DNA of 43,669 bases, taken from a virus. Lineage: Duplodnaviria > Caudoviricetes. The position numbers were made by a program, and so were the translations under genes. Location of the stretch: positions 1 through 43,669 of IMG/VR virus record IMGVR_UViG_3300031627_000002; one strand, given 5' to 3'. This document shows positions 16,309 through 24,600 of this stretch, piece after piece. Numbering within the stretch: the stretch's first letter is position 1; every line of letters begins with the position of its first letter. Below the pieces are notes generated by a model. It was given only the letters and a program-made list of their open reading frames with translations. It did not search any database and was not told where the DNA came from.

Positions 16309-16763
16309 TCCTCACCCCCTTCTTGGCAAGGCTCACAAACGTAGCCTTCCAACTCATTAGAACCAAAGGGGATTCTATTTACAAACTTACCCTGCCCGAA
16401 AGCTGTGCATTCCCCGCAGTGAACACAATCATTTCCAAGGTCAATTAAACCCTCGCTGGTTATCCAGCCTTTTATGATTGTTGATGTAGTGTCATTTATA
16501 GAAAAGCCGTTTTCAAAATGGCTCCCGTGTGCGATGCTGCTTACAATCGCCCACGGCGTCCCTGCTTTGACCGCAAACTCAAACACAACACCAGAACTAA
16601 TCAGGTTGTCCAAAGGTTCATCGCCTTCAGTCGCCATGATAAGTAGTGCTCCTGGGCTGGGCTTTAGCCCCATGTCCTCAAGAAGAGAAATATTCTCTAT
16701 AATGGCGGTATAGAAATCATTTATACCGTCGCTAAATACCTTGTCTAGAACTGATTCTTCCAC
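16305..16763 (-). CDS. Hypothetical protein with C-terminal Zn finger; first gene of coupled array
   Basis: GTG start after CTGTAGGAGGGTAA; CVHC...CEPC. Confidence 0.7.
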   Translation of the reverse strand: MEESVLDKVFSDGINDFYTAIIENISLLEDMGLKPSPGALLIMATEGDEPLDNLISSGVVFEFAVKAGTPWAIVSSIAHGSHFENGFSINDTTSTIIKGWITSEGLIDLGNDCVHCGECTAFGQGKFVNRIPFGSNELEGYVCEPCQEGGEE

Positions 16764-16813
16764 TTTACCCTCCTACAGGTAGCAAGGGGCTTTATTGCCT
16801 TACTCACATTATA

Positions 16814-16842
16814 GTTATACCACTAAACCTGTTAGCATACAA
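16814..16842 (-). promoter_or_regulatory. Sigma70-like promoter (conserved family)
   Basis: TTGTAT-GCTAACAGGTTTAGTGG-TATAAC. Confidence 0.7.
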
Positions 16843-16847
16843 GTTCA

Positions 16848-17015
16848 TTAGGATCTTTGTTTGACCTCCTCCTCACATGTGATGCCGAGTACAAAATAAC
16901 CGTACAACGTCGCTACTATAACAATCGGCCATCCTACTACAATGATTCTAAACAAAGCAGGAAGGAAGCTGAACCCCAACACTGCGAACATTATTGCGCC
17001 TACCATTTGAAACAT
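16848..17015 (-). CDS. Small membrane protein (55 aa), not in ORF track
   Basis: Manual translation MFQMVGAIMFAVLGFSFLPALFRIIVVGWPIVIVATLYGYFVLGITCEEEVKQRS*. Confidence 0.55.
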   Translation of the reverse strand: MFQMVGAIMFAVLGFSFLPALFRIIVVGWPIVIVATLYGYFVLGITCEEEVKQRS

Positions 17016-17113
17016 TTATTCGCCCTTTTTTTTAGTTGTTAGAATGGGCATCTCACCCAACCGAAGGTCTATCTCCCACACGCGGCTTGACCTTTAAGTT
17101 CCGCTACCCGCCG

Positions 17114-17770
17114 TTAGAACGGTAACTCTTTTTGAAGCTCTATCTTAGGCGGCCAAGACCAACCGCCTGACTTGGCTACATTTATCCAAATACTTCGCCA
17201 GTTATCGTATGCTTTGAACCACTCAACTGGGCCGAGGTCACTTTCTGGTTTTGTAGCCCATTCGCGTGCTAACTTTGCAGTCTTGCAGAGCTTCTTATTT
17301 AGTTTATCAAGATCAGAAAGCATTGTTGCTTCCTTCCCTGTTGATGTATTTACTATCAACTGAAGTAAGTCTTCAATTAGTGGGTCAATAGTCTCTACAT
17401 ACTTATCCATAAGCGCATTTTCCCCTACCTCATTAGACAAGACTCCAGCGGCATACTGCCAAGGGACTGTCTCAAGTAGAGCAATGGCACGAATAATGAC
17501 TACGATTGATTCTGGGTGTTCCTTTAGGTTCAAGAATACAGGCTCAACTACTACTGCTATACCCTCTATGACTTGAGCTAAAGATAAAGCTATAAGGTGA
17601 TAAGTATTATCGCACTCTTGATAATAGCAACCCTTACATCTTGCCATTGACCAGTGCAGGCTACTTGGCTGAATCGGTATAATATAAGGCGAATCTTTCA
17701 AAAACCCTTTTACCTCCTTGAATTGACGGGTAAGTGCGTTCTGCAACGCACCGCTTTCTAAGTCTTTCAT
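17114..17770 (-). CDS. Hypothetical protein
   Basis: 218 aa; AAGGAG RBS; promoter 17813-17841. Confidence 0.75.
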   Translation of the reverse strand: MKDLESGALQNALTRQFKEVKGFLKDSPYIIPIQPSSLHWSMARCKGCYYQECDNTYHLIALSLAQVIEGIAVVVEPVFLNLKEHPESIVVIIRAIALLETVPWQYAAGVLSNEVGENALMDKYVETIDPLIEDLLQLIVNTSTGKEATMLSDLDKLNKKLCKTAKLAREWATKPESDLGPVEWFKAYDNWRSIWINVAKSGGWSWPPKIELQKELPF

Positions 17771-17812
17771 TTGCTCTCCTTTGTTATTGGTTTTTTTACC
17801 GCTTTACAAAGT

Positions 17813-17841
17813 ATAATACCACGTATAAGGTTAGATAACAA
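17813..17841 (-). promoter_or_regulatory. Sigma70-like promoter (conserved family)
   Basis: TTGTTA-TCTAACCTTATACGTGG-TATTAT. Confidence 0.7.
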
Positions 17842-17855
17842 TACCCAAAACAAGT

Positions 17856-18389
17856 CTATGGGAGCGGTTTTGGTGCTATGGTTAGGATGGTTTCTAAATA
17901 CCCATCCCTGCCAAACTGGATGCCAATAGAAGCCAGTTCACCAACCCCAAGACTCGCGCTCCCAGACGCAGCCCGCCTGTTCGCTAGTGACTGCATATAC
18001 CACCGATCCCAAATGGGTCGTAGTCTTGCCCACGGAAGTGTCCAGTAAGTTGAGGATGGTTTATGATGGAGTAGGACAATACTATGCCCACCTTGATTAG
18101 CCCAATCAGTAAGCCTCTTGGCTTGATGTGGGTGTAGGTTCTTTAGCGCCCACCTATTTGCTGAACATTCTTTAGCTTCAGCCATGACTGCCTTTCCTCG
18201 CGTAAGCAAGACATAGTCTGGTGGACCCTCTTTCTCATAGCAAGCTATAAAAGTCCCCCCTGCATTACTTCGTATGATTCTCATAGGGGGCGGTGTCCTA
18301 ATGACAACCGCATCCCCACGAGCCTCATATCTGGCGTGGAATAACTCTAAGTGTTGCTCCCATGCCTTTCCCCTGTTCGCATGGCTCAT
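17856..18389 (-). CDS. recU: Holliday junction resolvase, RecU family
   Basis: ANRGKAWE, PPDY, EAKE and HQAKRL match the RecU motifs (NRGxxxE, DY, EAK, HQ). Confidence 0.8.
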   Translation of the reverse strand: MSHANRGKAWEQHLELFHARYEARGDAVVIRTPPPMRIIRSNAGGTFIACYEKEGPPDYVLLTRGKAVMAEAKECSANRWALKNLHPHQAKRLTDWANQGGHSIVLLHHKPSSTYWTLPWARLRPIWDRWYMQSLANRRAASGSASLGVGELASIGIQFGRDGYLETILTIAPKPLP

Positions 18390-18721
18390 TTTTTAGCCTT
18401 GCGCCTACTTCCTTTCTTTAGGAACATTTCATCAGAGTTGATTACTATCTCAAGCTTTAGATCCTTCGCTAAAGTTAGGATCGCTGACCATGTTGGCTTC
18501 CTGCCATCGGAGCCTGTTTTCCACTGGCTACAAGACTGTGGCTTGATACCTAAATAATCAGCCAAACCTACACTAGTAGACCTATTGTCATAAATCCATT
18601 CAGTAGCAAGCTCATTGAAGATCCTGTTTACTGGAAGGGAATTACCGCTCTGTGACAATATCTCCAACAGTGTAATGTCTTCTACTTCTTCTACTACTAC
18701 TTCTTGTTCTTTACTCATCAC
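18386..18721 (-). CDS. XRE-like HTH DNA-binding protein
   Basis: GLADYLGIKPQSCSQWKTG...PTW has an HTH pattern. Confidence 0.7.
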   Translation of the reverse strand: MMSKEQEVVVEEVEDITLLEILSQSGNSLPVNRIFNELATEWIYDNRSTSVGLADYLGIKPQSCSQWKTGSDGRKPTWSAILTLAKDLKLEIVINSDEMFLKKGSRRKAKK

Positions 18722-19194
18722 GCTCTCCTTTGTATTTTATTTGCTAAACGGGCGACTCTTTTTCTTGCTGAAAATGGCGTCACACCAAGCCTTTCTTGTG
18801 TCTCTTTCTCTGTAAGCCCCTCGGCCCTCGCGAAGACCGCTTCCCACTCAGCCTTAGTTGCAAGCGGCTTTATGAATAGCAGTTCGGCAGATGCAATAAT
18901 GCTTGAGCATGTGTTTCTTGGATCTGCTACATCGGCTTCAATCAATTCGTGATTATTCCTCTGGTGGCTCACCTTCATTCCAGAAGAAACTGCTCTTACT
19001 TGCCAGTAAAGCCAAGTCTTAGCTGTCCCTTTGCTTGGGTCAAAGGACTTGAACTTTTCCACGATGCGTATAATCAACGCACTGCGTATATCTTCATAAT
19101 CAAATGGTGTTTTCCTAGTCTCTTTCCAAGTTGTAGCCCTTATCAGGCTATGGTTACCCAGAACCCAAGCCCATGCTTCCGTATTATCTTTCAT
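18718..19194 (-). CDS. Phage sigma70-family (ECF-like) RNA polymerase sigma factor
   Basis: Region-2-like EDI...FDPSKGTAKTWLYW and region-4-like GLTEKETQERLGVT. Confidence 0.75.
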   Translation of the reverse strand: MKDNTEAWAWVLGNHSLIRATTWKETRKTPFDYEDIRSALIIRIVEKFKSFDPSKGTAKTWLYWQVRAVSSGMKVSHQRNNHELIEADVADPRNTCSSIIASAELLFIKPLATKAEWEAVFARAEGLTEKETQERLGVTPFSARKRVARLANKIQRRA

Positions 19195-19293
19195 TATTGC
19201 TCCCTTTTCGGTCTCTTTGTGCTGAAGCTACCCCCCACCCCATCCCACTGAATAGGCCGAGCAAGTAAGCAACGATAAAAACTTGTGCTGTAG

Positions 19294-19881
19294 TCATCCG
19301 TCAAATCTCCTGTTCCAGTTAAAGGCGTGACTGTGCGGATCGCACCTCCACTCATCTGTTCCGTCGTACTCGTGGCTAACTAGATTCAGCACCCACGAAT
19401 CTTCTTGACCCAGTGCTTTCCACCCATGTACTACTCCTGGCGGAATAATAATTGTCTCTGGGTTCTTTTCTGAATCCAGAATCGTTATTTGGTAATCAAA
19501 ATCAAGCTTATCGCTAAAAAATGCCTCCCTCGCATCAAATGTCACAAGCATAACTTTTCCTCTTACACAGAAAAATCTATCCGTCTGCTTTAGGTGACAA
19601 TGCCAACCTTTTACGACACCTGGGTTCGTTACACTTATATAAGCTTGGGATATCGGGCTATTAGTGGAACAATAACTCCAAGAGTTGCGCCAGATCTCAA
19701 CGAGTGACCCTCTAGGATCAACCAACCATTTGAGTTCGTGCTTCTCATCATTTTTTCCACTTCTTTTTGGTACCCTATGGTTTGTAATTGGGACAGTGCG
19801 TTCATTCTTGTACCCAAGACTTACTAAATAGTCTTTGAAGGCTTTGCTTGTCGTATCCAATAACTCTTTATCTATTTTCAT
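19294..19881 (-). CDS. rmlC: dTDP-4-dehydrorhamnose 3,5-epimerase-like cupin
   Basis: DPRGSLVE, GVVKGWH, CVRGKV...DAR and IPPGVVHGW are RmlC signature segments. Confidence 0.85.
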   Translation of the reverse strand: MKIDKELLDTTSKAFKDYLVSLGYKNERTVPITNHRVPKRSGKNDEKHELKWLVDPRGSLVEIWRNSWSYCSTNSPISQAYISVTNPGVVKGWHCHLKQTDRFFCVRGKVMLVTFDAREAFFSDKLDFDYQITILDSEKNPETIIIPPGVVHGWKALGQEDSWVLNLVSHEYDGTDEWRCDPHSHAFNWNRRFDG

Positions 19882-20330
19882 TGCTTCAATAACCTCGTTG
19901 GTATGATTTCAATTGATGGTGGCTCGTTATACATTTCAAGCCACTTTCCTTTTAGGGCAAAGTAAACATTGCTCTTTGCTGGAGCGTTACCTTTCAGGAT
20001 TGACCACAAGGCGGCTTCCGCTGCCCAGCGATAATCTTCATCACGAAGAATCTCACTATAGAAAACCCGTAAACGCCTATCGAGCAGGCTCCAGCGCGTT
20101 GCCCACCTTGCAACCCTTTCGAGATCTTTGTGAGCTATACAAGCGCCTTCTGACAGGGCTAACTTTACGTCCTCGATAAACGTGCCAATCGGCTCCCAAT
20201 GGCTAATCATAGAAACACAAGCGACCACGTGCATTAGTCGCATTCTTTCTTCAGTTGTAATCTCGCGGTTTTCGCTACGGGAGGGCACTTGCAACCTCCT
20301 TCTCGTTAGCCAACGCACCAATATCAACAA
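19878..20330 (-). CDS. Hypothetical protein
   Basis: 150-aa ORF coupled to rmlC; true start uncertain because it overlaps the vWA 3' end. Confidence 0.55.
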   Translation of the reverse strand: MLILVRWLTRRRLQVPSRSENREITTEERMRLMHVVACVSMISHWEPIGTFIEDVKLALSEGACIAHKDLERVARWATRWSLLDRRLRVFYSEILRDEDYRWAAEAALWSILKGNAPAKSNVYFALKGKWLEMYNEPPSIEIIPTRLLKQ

Positions 20331-21798
20331 TATTGTCGCATACCTCGTGCATTACCTTATTGAACGATCCACCACCGACAGTAAGCCCATACACCCTCAA
20401 GCCAGACTGTTCCTTGGCATCAACAAGCGACTGGTATACTTCTGGGCTTACTTCAGCCTCACCATCGGTGATCATGATTAAGTCTGCCCTACCAGCCAGA
20501 AAGCTGAACTCCAAACTAAGCGCTACTACAAAAGGATCATCAAAGTTCGTGCCCCCACTACACTGTAGCTTAGACATCCTAAGCGATACTTCAAGAGCGC
20601 CACCTTCAACTGGCACCGTCTTGTCTAGCTCTGTTGGGCTTGGGTATGAATAGGCCTCTCCATCACCATCTATAGTATAGATAAAATTAACTCTACGGTT
20701 GAAACCAAGGATCGTGCATGACCGCTTTTCTTGTCGTGCTGTAGATATACAACTCATTGCCACCGCAGAAGCCCACATCGCGCGATCACCATTAGTCATG
20801 CTACTGCTTGTGTCTAACATTACAATAATGGGGCCTCTACCTTCTTTTTTCTCACCCTCCATTTGGTATTGGGCCATCTTCTTTTCTGCCATCTTTGCTA
20901 ACTGGTAAGTCCTCATCTGTGGGACTTTCAGCATCGCCATCTCTGTTGGCAACATACGCATGAAGTCATCCCCGCGAGTAACACCAGTGATGACCCCAAC
21001 CCCATCGGGATCTCTTTCTTTACGTTCTGCCGCAGCGAGCCTTCTTAGTCTCCCCGCAAGCATCATTAGTTTCTTTAGCCTGTCATTGTTCTGTAGTTGG
21101 CGAGCTAACTCAAGCCTCTTTGTGTCTTGCTGCCCGAACATAGGGGGCGCAGCTTCCATCCCTGGAGAAATCCCCGCTAAAGCAGACCTTACATCACTGA
21201 CTTCACTTGCTGCATCGGCACAAGCCCCACGAACAGCAGCCCTGAAACCATCTTCCCCATTAGGAGCATCACCATTCTTAGATGGTGAGGGTGGAAGGCC
21301 TAATAGCTCTTTAGCTTTATTTGCCTGCTCTTCCTTCGCTTTCTGTTGCATGTTTTCAATCATTGCAGGCAAGGCACCGTTTATCGCCTTCATCAGCTTA
21401 CTTGTAGACAAAGCGCAGAAGTCAGGATCACCATTCACCTGTTGCCGCAGTGACTCAAACTCATCCAGCCCAGAAATGATCTCATGTGCTTTCTTAGTAA
21501 GCTCGGTTCCAGAACCTGTATCTGCTACTGGCTCTAGTTCCCTGGAAGAGTAAAGCCTTGAAAACACCTCTTTAGCAGTTCCTTGGCAAATGGTGTCTAC
21601 CCTCATCTTTTCTTTGTCATAGTTCGTTATCACACCAGCAGTTTTCATAATGTGGTTAGACATATTGCTTACTTCCCTCGTAAGCTCTGCTACCGACTCT
21701 ACCCTGCTCTCGCTCAAGTAATGAAGCCATTTGTCTAACTTCAAAGTAAGATCAACATTCTGTGAACTGAGATCCCAGCTATTACCGTCCATGATCAA
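20275..21798 (-). CDS. vWA-domain protein (ViaA-like partner of MoxR ATPase)
   Basis: MIDAS motif DTSSSM, GGTNFD and MITDGE; adjacent to a MoxR ATPase. Confidence 0.85.
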   Translation of the reverse strand: MIMDGNSWDLSSQNVDLTLKLDKWLHYLSESRVESVAELTREVSNMSNHIMKTAGVITNYDKEKMRVDTICQGTAKEVFSRLYSSRELEPVADTGSGTELTKKAHEIISGLDEFESLRQQVNGDPDFCALSTSKLMKAINGALPAMIENMQQKAKEEQANKAKELLGLPPSPSKNGDAPNGEDGFRAAVRGACADAASEVSDVRSALAGISPGMEAAPPMFGQQDTKRLELARQLQNNDRLKKLMMLAGRLRRLAAAERKERDPDGVGVITGVTRGDDFMRMLPTEMAMLKVPQMRTYQLAKMAEKKMAQYQMEGEKKEGRGPIIVMLDTSSSMTNGDRAMWASAVAMSCISTARQEKRSCTILGFNRRVNFIYTIDGDGEAYSYPSPTELDKTVPVEGGALEVSLRMSKLQCSGGTNFDDPFVVALSLEFSFLAGRADLIMITDGEAEVSPEVYQSLVDAKEQSGLRVYGLTVGGGSFNKVMHEVCDNIVDIGALANEKEVASALP

Positions 21799-21812
21799 CC
21801 TCCTACCCTTAT

Positions 21813-21841
21813 ATTATAACGCCTAAACTGTTATAGAGCAA
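21813..21841 (-). promoter_or_regulatory. Sigma70-like promoter (conserved family) in front of vWA gene
   Basis: TTGCTC-TATAACAGTTTAGGCGT-TATAAT. Confidence 0.65.
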
Positions 21842-21857
21842 CGCATAAAAAACTAAA

Positions 21858-21883
21858 TGGGACGGGGCTTTCGCCCCCCAACC
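21858..21883 (-). terminator. GAAA-tetraloop hairpin after MoxR gene
   Basis: Minus strand GGGGC-GAAA-GCCCC with T-rich tail; similar to the 23351-23368 hairpin. Confidence 0.55.
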
Positions 21884-23092
21884 CTACTTCATTCCAAAAG
21901 CCCCAGTGTTACGAGCAATTGCTCGCCCAACCTCATTTTTCATTGAGGTGAGTTTGGCTTCAGCGTTTTTATACTCATAATCATCAACACTAATGTCACC
22001 ATTAGCAGCTATACGCTCAAGCTCATCAGATCCTATGCGAATCACTTGGAGTAATGCGCCGAGGTGGTCAACTCCTGGCTGTTTCAAGTCAACCTCAACA
22101 TAGCGCCCTGTCACGCCATCTAATACCTTGGATACCTTCACGATTCCTGGGCAAGCATGTTCAGACACAGCCGCGAAAACAGAAGGGCGCTCATCGTGCT
22201 TGTTCCACATCACACGGGTAAGCACCATCAAGTCGCGAGATATAGCAACTGTCCGCCCCTCCAATACCGCATGAGCTTTGACAGCAGCAAGGCACTGCGC
22301 CCATCTACGGTCAGAAAGCTTGATCCCGTGCTTTATCTCAAGTGTTTCCCATATATCAAGCATGATATCAATAAGATCTTCTGAAATATTTACGGTATCT
22401 GTAACTTCTTGCAAAAGCTCCCTGTTAGCAGAACTGATGGTAACATTGACCGTTGGCCTCGCCCCATTACGGGACATCATCATCAACTCCTTTCTTGCGC
22501 CCCTGTCCTGAAGATAGTCAGTCCACTCACGGAACATAAAACGATCATAAAGCGCATCAAGAATACTTGATTGTGGGTATTCATTACTACAACCAATGAC
22601 TGTTTCAAGAGGCATCTTTACTCTATTCGGCCCTTGATCAAACTCACGCTCCTCAAGCGCGGTGAGCATAGCGTTCAATATAGGATCGCTACCCTTGAAG
22701 ATTTCATCCTTTAGTGAGAACTTCGCGTGCGGAAGGAACCCATCGGTTTTCCGAACATAATCACCCTGCTCAAACTTCTTGAAGTCAAGTGGGCCGAATA
22801 AATCCTCTGGTAAAGAAAAAGCGGTAATCAACCTGCGAAATACTTCATCACCATTGAAGTCAAACGCCTTAGCGATCAAGTTGAACATTGTTGTTTTCGC
22901 GGTACCAGGAGGCCCAAGAAATAATACGTGCCGCCTGCACAATAGAGCCATGATGGCACTATCTATTTCCTTATCCCTATTTATAAGGGCACCTTTCAGC
23001 GCCTCTCTAACCTCAGTCAGTGACTTCCACGCATCATGTGCATTTAAGTCACAGCCAAGCTGGCTTCTTGTTTGTAAGTTTGTCAGTCCCAT
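21884..23092 (-). CDS. MoxR/RavA-like AAA+ ATPase
   Basis: Walker A GPPGTAKT, EDLFGP, DEIFK, SNE and ALYDRF, characteristic of the RavA subfamily. Confidence 0.9.
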   Translation of the reverse strand: MGLTNLQTRSQLGCDLNAHDAWKSLTEVREALKGALINRDKEIDSAIMALLCRRHVLFLGPPGTAKTTMFNLIAKAFDFNGDEVFRRLITAFSLPEDLFGPLDFKKFEQGDYVRKTDGFLPHAKFSLKDEIFKGSDPILNAMLTALEEREFDQGPNRVKMPLETVIGCSNEYPQSSILDALYDRFMFREWTDYLQDRGARKELMMMSRNGARPTVNVTISSANRELLQEVTDTVNISEDLIDIMLDIWETLEIKHGIKLSDRRWAQCLAAVKAHAVLEGRTVAISRDLMVLTRVMWNKHDERPSVFAAVSEHACPGIVKVSKVLDGVTGRYVEVDLKQPGVDHLGALLQVIRIGSDELERIAANGDISVDDYEYKNAEAKLTSMKNEVGRAIARNTGAFGMK

Positions 23093-23179
23093 ATTGCCCT
23101 CCTACAAGCTGTTTTGGTTCTAAATATATAATAACATAAAAAAGGTTATTTACATATCACTAAAATAATTCTGTATGAC

Positions 23180-23329
23180 TCAAGAGTCATTCTCATCAAT
23201 ACGTGCGCAGATGCACGCTTCCCTGTCACAATAGGAACAACGAGAACAACCGCACTCTTGACCTTGGTATTCAAGCCCTAAACCACAGTCTTCACATTGT
23301 GGTCCATTGTCTTCCTCAATATTTTCCAT
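23180..23329 (-). CDS. Small Cys-rich peptide (49 aa, 8 Cys), not in ORF track
   Basis: Manual translation MENIEEDNGPQCEDCGLGLEYQGQECGCSRCSYCDREACICARIDENDS*. Confidence 0.5.
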   Translation of the reverse strand: MENIEEDNGPQCEDCGLGLEYQGQECGCSRCSYCDREACICARIDENDS

Positions 23330-23340
23330 TTACATTCCCC

Positions 23341-23368
23341 TAATAAAGACGGGGGGCTTTCGCCCCCC
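23341..23368 (-). terminator. Hairpin terminator after 23383..24444
   Basis: Minus strand GGGGGGC-GAAA-GCCCCCC followed by GTCTTTATT. Confidence 0.65.
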
Positions 23369-23382
23369 TTTGGTTACCGACG

Positions 23383-24444
23383 CTATGCTACTTGCAAGCC
23401 TTCCATATGGGAAGCCAAAGCATCAAGCATTTCCTCACGATCTTCTGGCGGTGCCTCACCTACAATAGCAATAAATGACTCACGTGCCTTCCCAGGCTCT
23501 AATGACGCAAGCGTATCCCTAATGTTCATTGGCGCTGGAGCATAACGCTCATTTACTTCTGCTTCCTTTAGATCGATCACCTCGTTTGCACGGGCTTTCA
23601 TCTCCTTCACACGATCATGTAGATCGCCCAACGAAACAGAAAGGGCAGCCTCCATGAGGCTTGCTCGTTGCATAATATCGCCAAACCGAGTCATTACGTT
23701 TTCAACAGTATCACTGCGAACACGCCTACTCATTTCCAACCAGCCCTCTACCTGATCACTAATAGCGCCAAGCTCATCGCCTAAAGACTCGCTAGCTCCT
23801 GCTGCTACTGGGGCTTCCCATCCATGCCCTTTTGGAATAGAGGCACAGTGTAGCTGGAATGACTCAAGCCCTTCAAGGGCTACTTGAGCATTAGCAATCT
23901 CCTCCTCAAAGTCAGTTGGGATAAAGTACCAACCCTTCTTGATCGAAAAGCCACATGCGTTACGAATAGCTGGCATCACAATACGCTCACGAACCTCATT
24001 TCCGTCGTAGAAACGCTGCTTATGCGCTACTTTCTCGCGCAGAGCAGATGCGTGAGAAGTACTGCAACCATCAATCCATACTCTTGCGTGTTTGTCCCAT
24101 AGCAATGTTTCGCGTTGCTTCTTAGCAACCTCATCATCGCTAATACGCTCGTGATATAGCAAACCTACTTTGATATAAGCGCCATCTTCAGACACTACTT
24201 CTGCCTGAGCAACTGTTTTCTTACCTTTACGAGTACGGAACTCTCGCACCGCTGCTTTCAATGCAGTGCTTGGATCGATGTTAGAGATTTTAGTATCATC
24301 TCCTCCAGCAGTAGCTACCATCGCCCTAAGCTCGTCTGGCGTGACGTAACAGCTATTGAACTGCCACCAAATACTGAACCCAAGCCCTTTCGCCAGATCT
24401 TCTACAATGGCTTGAGCTTTTGCGTTGTTTTCTACCTTTTTCAT
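23383..24444 (-). CDS. Hypothetical protein, DUF6744/DUF3150-like
   Basis: LGFSIWW, GWYFIP and a helical C-terminus; position upstream of MoxR/vWA. Family call from memory only. Confidence 0.6.
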   Translation of the reverse strand: MKKVENNAKAQAIVEDLAKGLGFSIWWQFNSCYVTPDELRAMVATAGGDDTKISNIDPSTALKAAVREFRTRKGKKTVAQAEVVSEDGAYIKVGLLYHERISDDEVAKKQRETLLWDKHARVWIDGCSTSHASALREKVAHKQRFYDGNEVRERIVMPAIRNACGFSIKKGWYFIPTDFEEEIANAQVALEGLESFQLHCASIPKGHGWEAPVAAGASESLGDELGAISDQVEGWLEMSRRVRSDTVENVMTRFGDIMQRASLMEAALSVSLGDLHDRVKEMKARANEVIDLKEAEVNERYAPAPMNIRDTLASLEPGKARESFIAIVGEAPPEDREEMLDALASHMEGLQVA

Positions 24445-24497
24445 TTTACCCTCCTACAGGTTGTTGAAGCACAACTGTTTTGCTGCACTCTAAAACT

Positions 24498-24526
24498 ATA
24501 ATACCACACTACCCGTTATAAACAAC
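24498..24526 (-). promoter_or_regulatory. Sigma70-like promoter (conserved family)
   Basis: TTGTTT-ATAACGGGTAGTGTGG-TATTAT. Confidence 0.6.
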
Positions 24527-24600
24527 TTCAAAATAGCGCCGAACACAACTTAGTAAGACCGCGCCATCTTATGCTACTTATATAGGGGCTATAGCCAACG

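Noticed and set aside
12842-16763. Integron cassette array
   Set aside because: No integron integrase, and no attC-like palindromes or intergenic space; the junctions are overlapping stop/start motifs.
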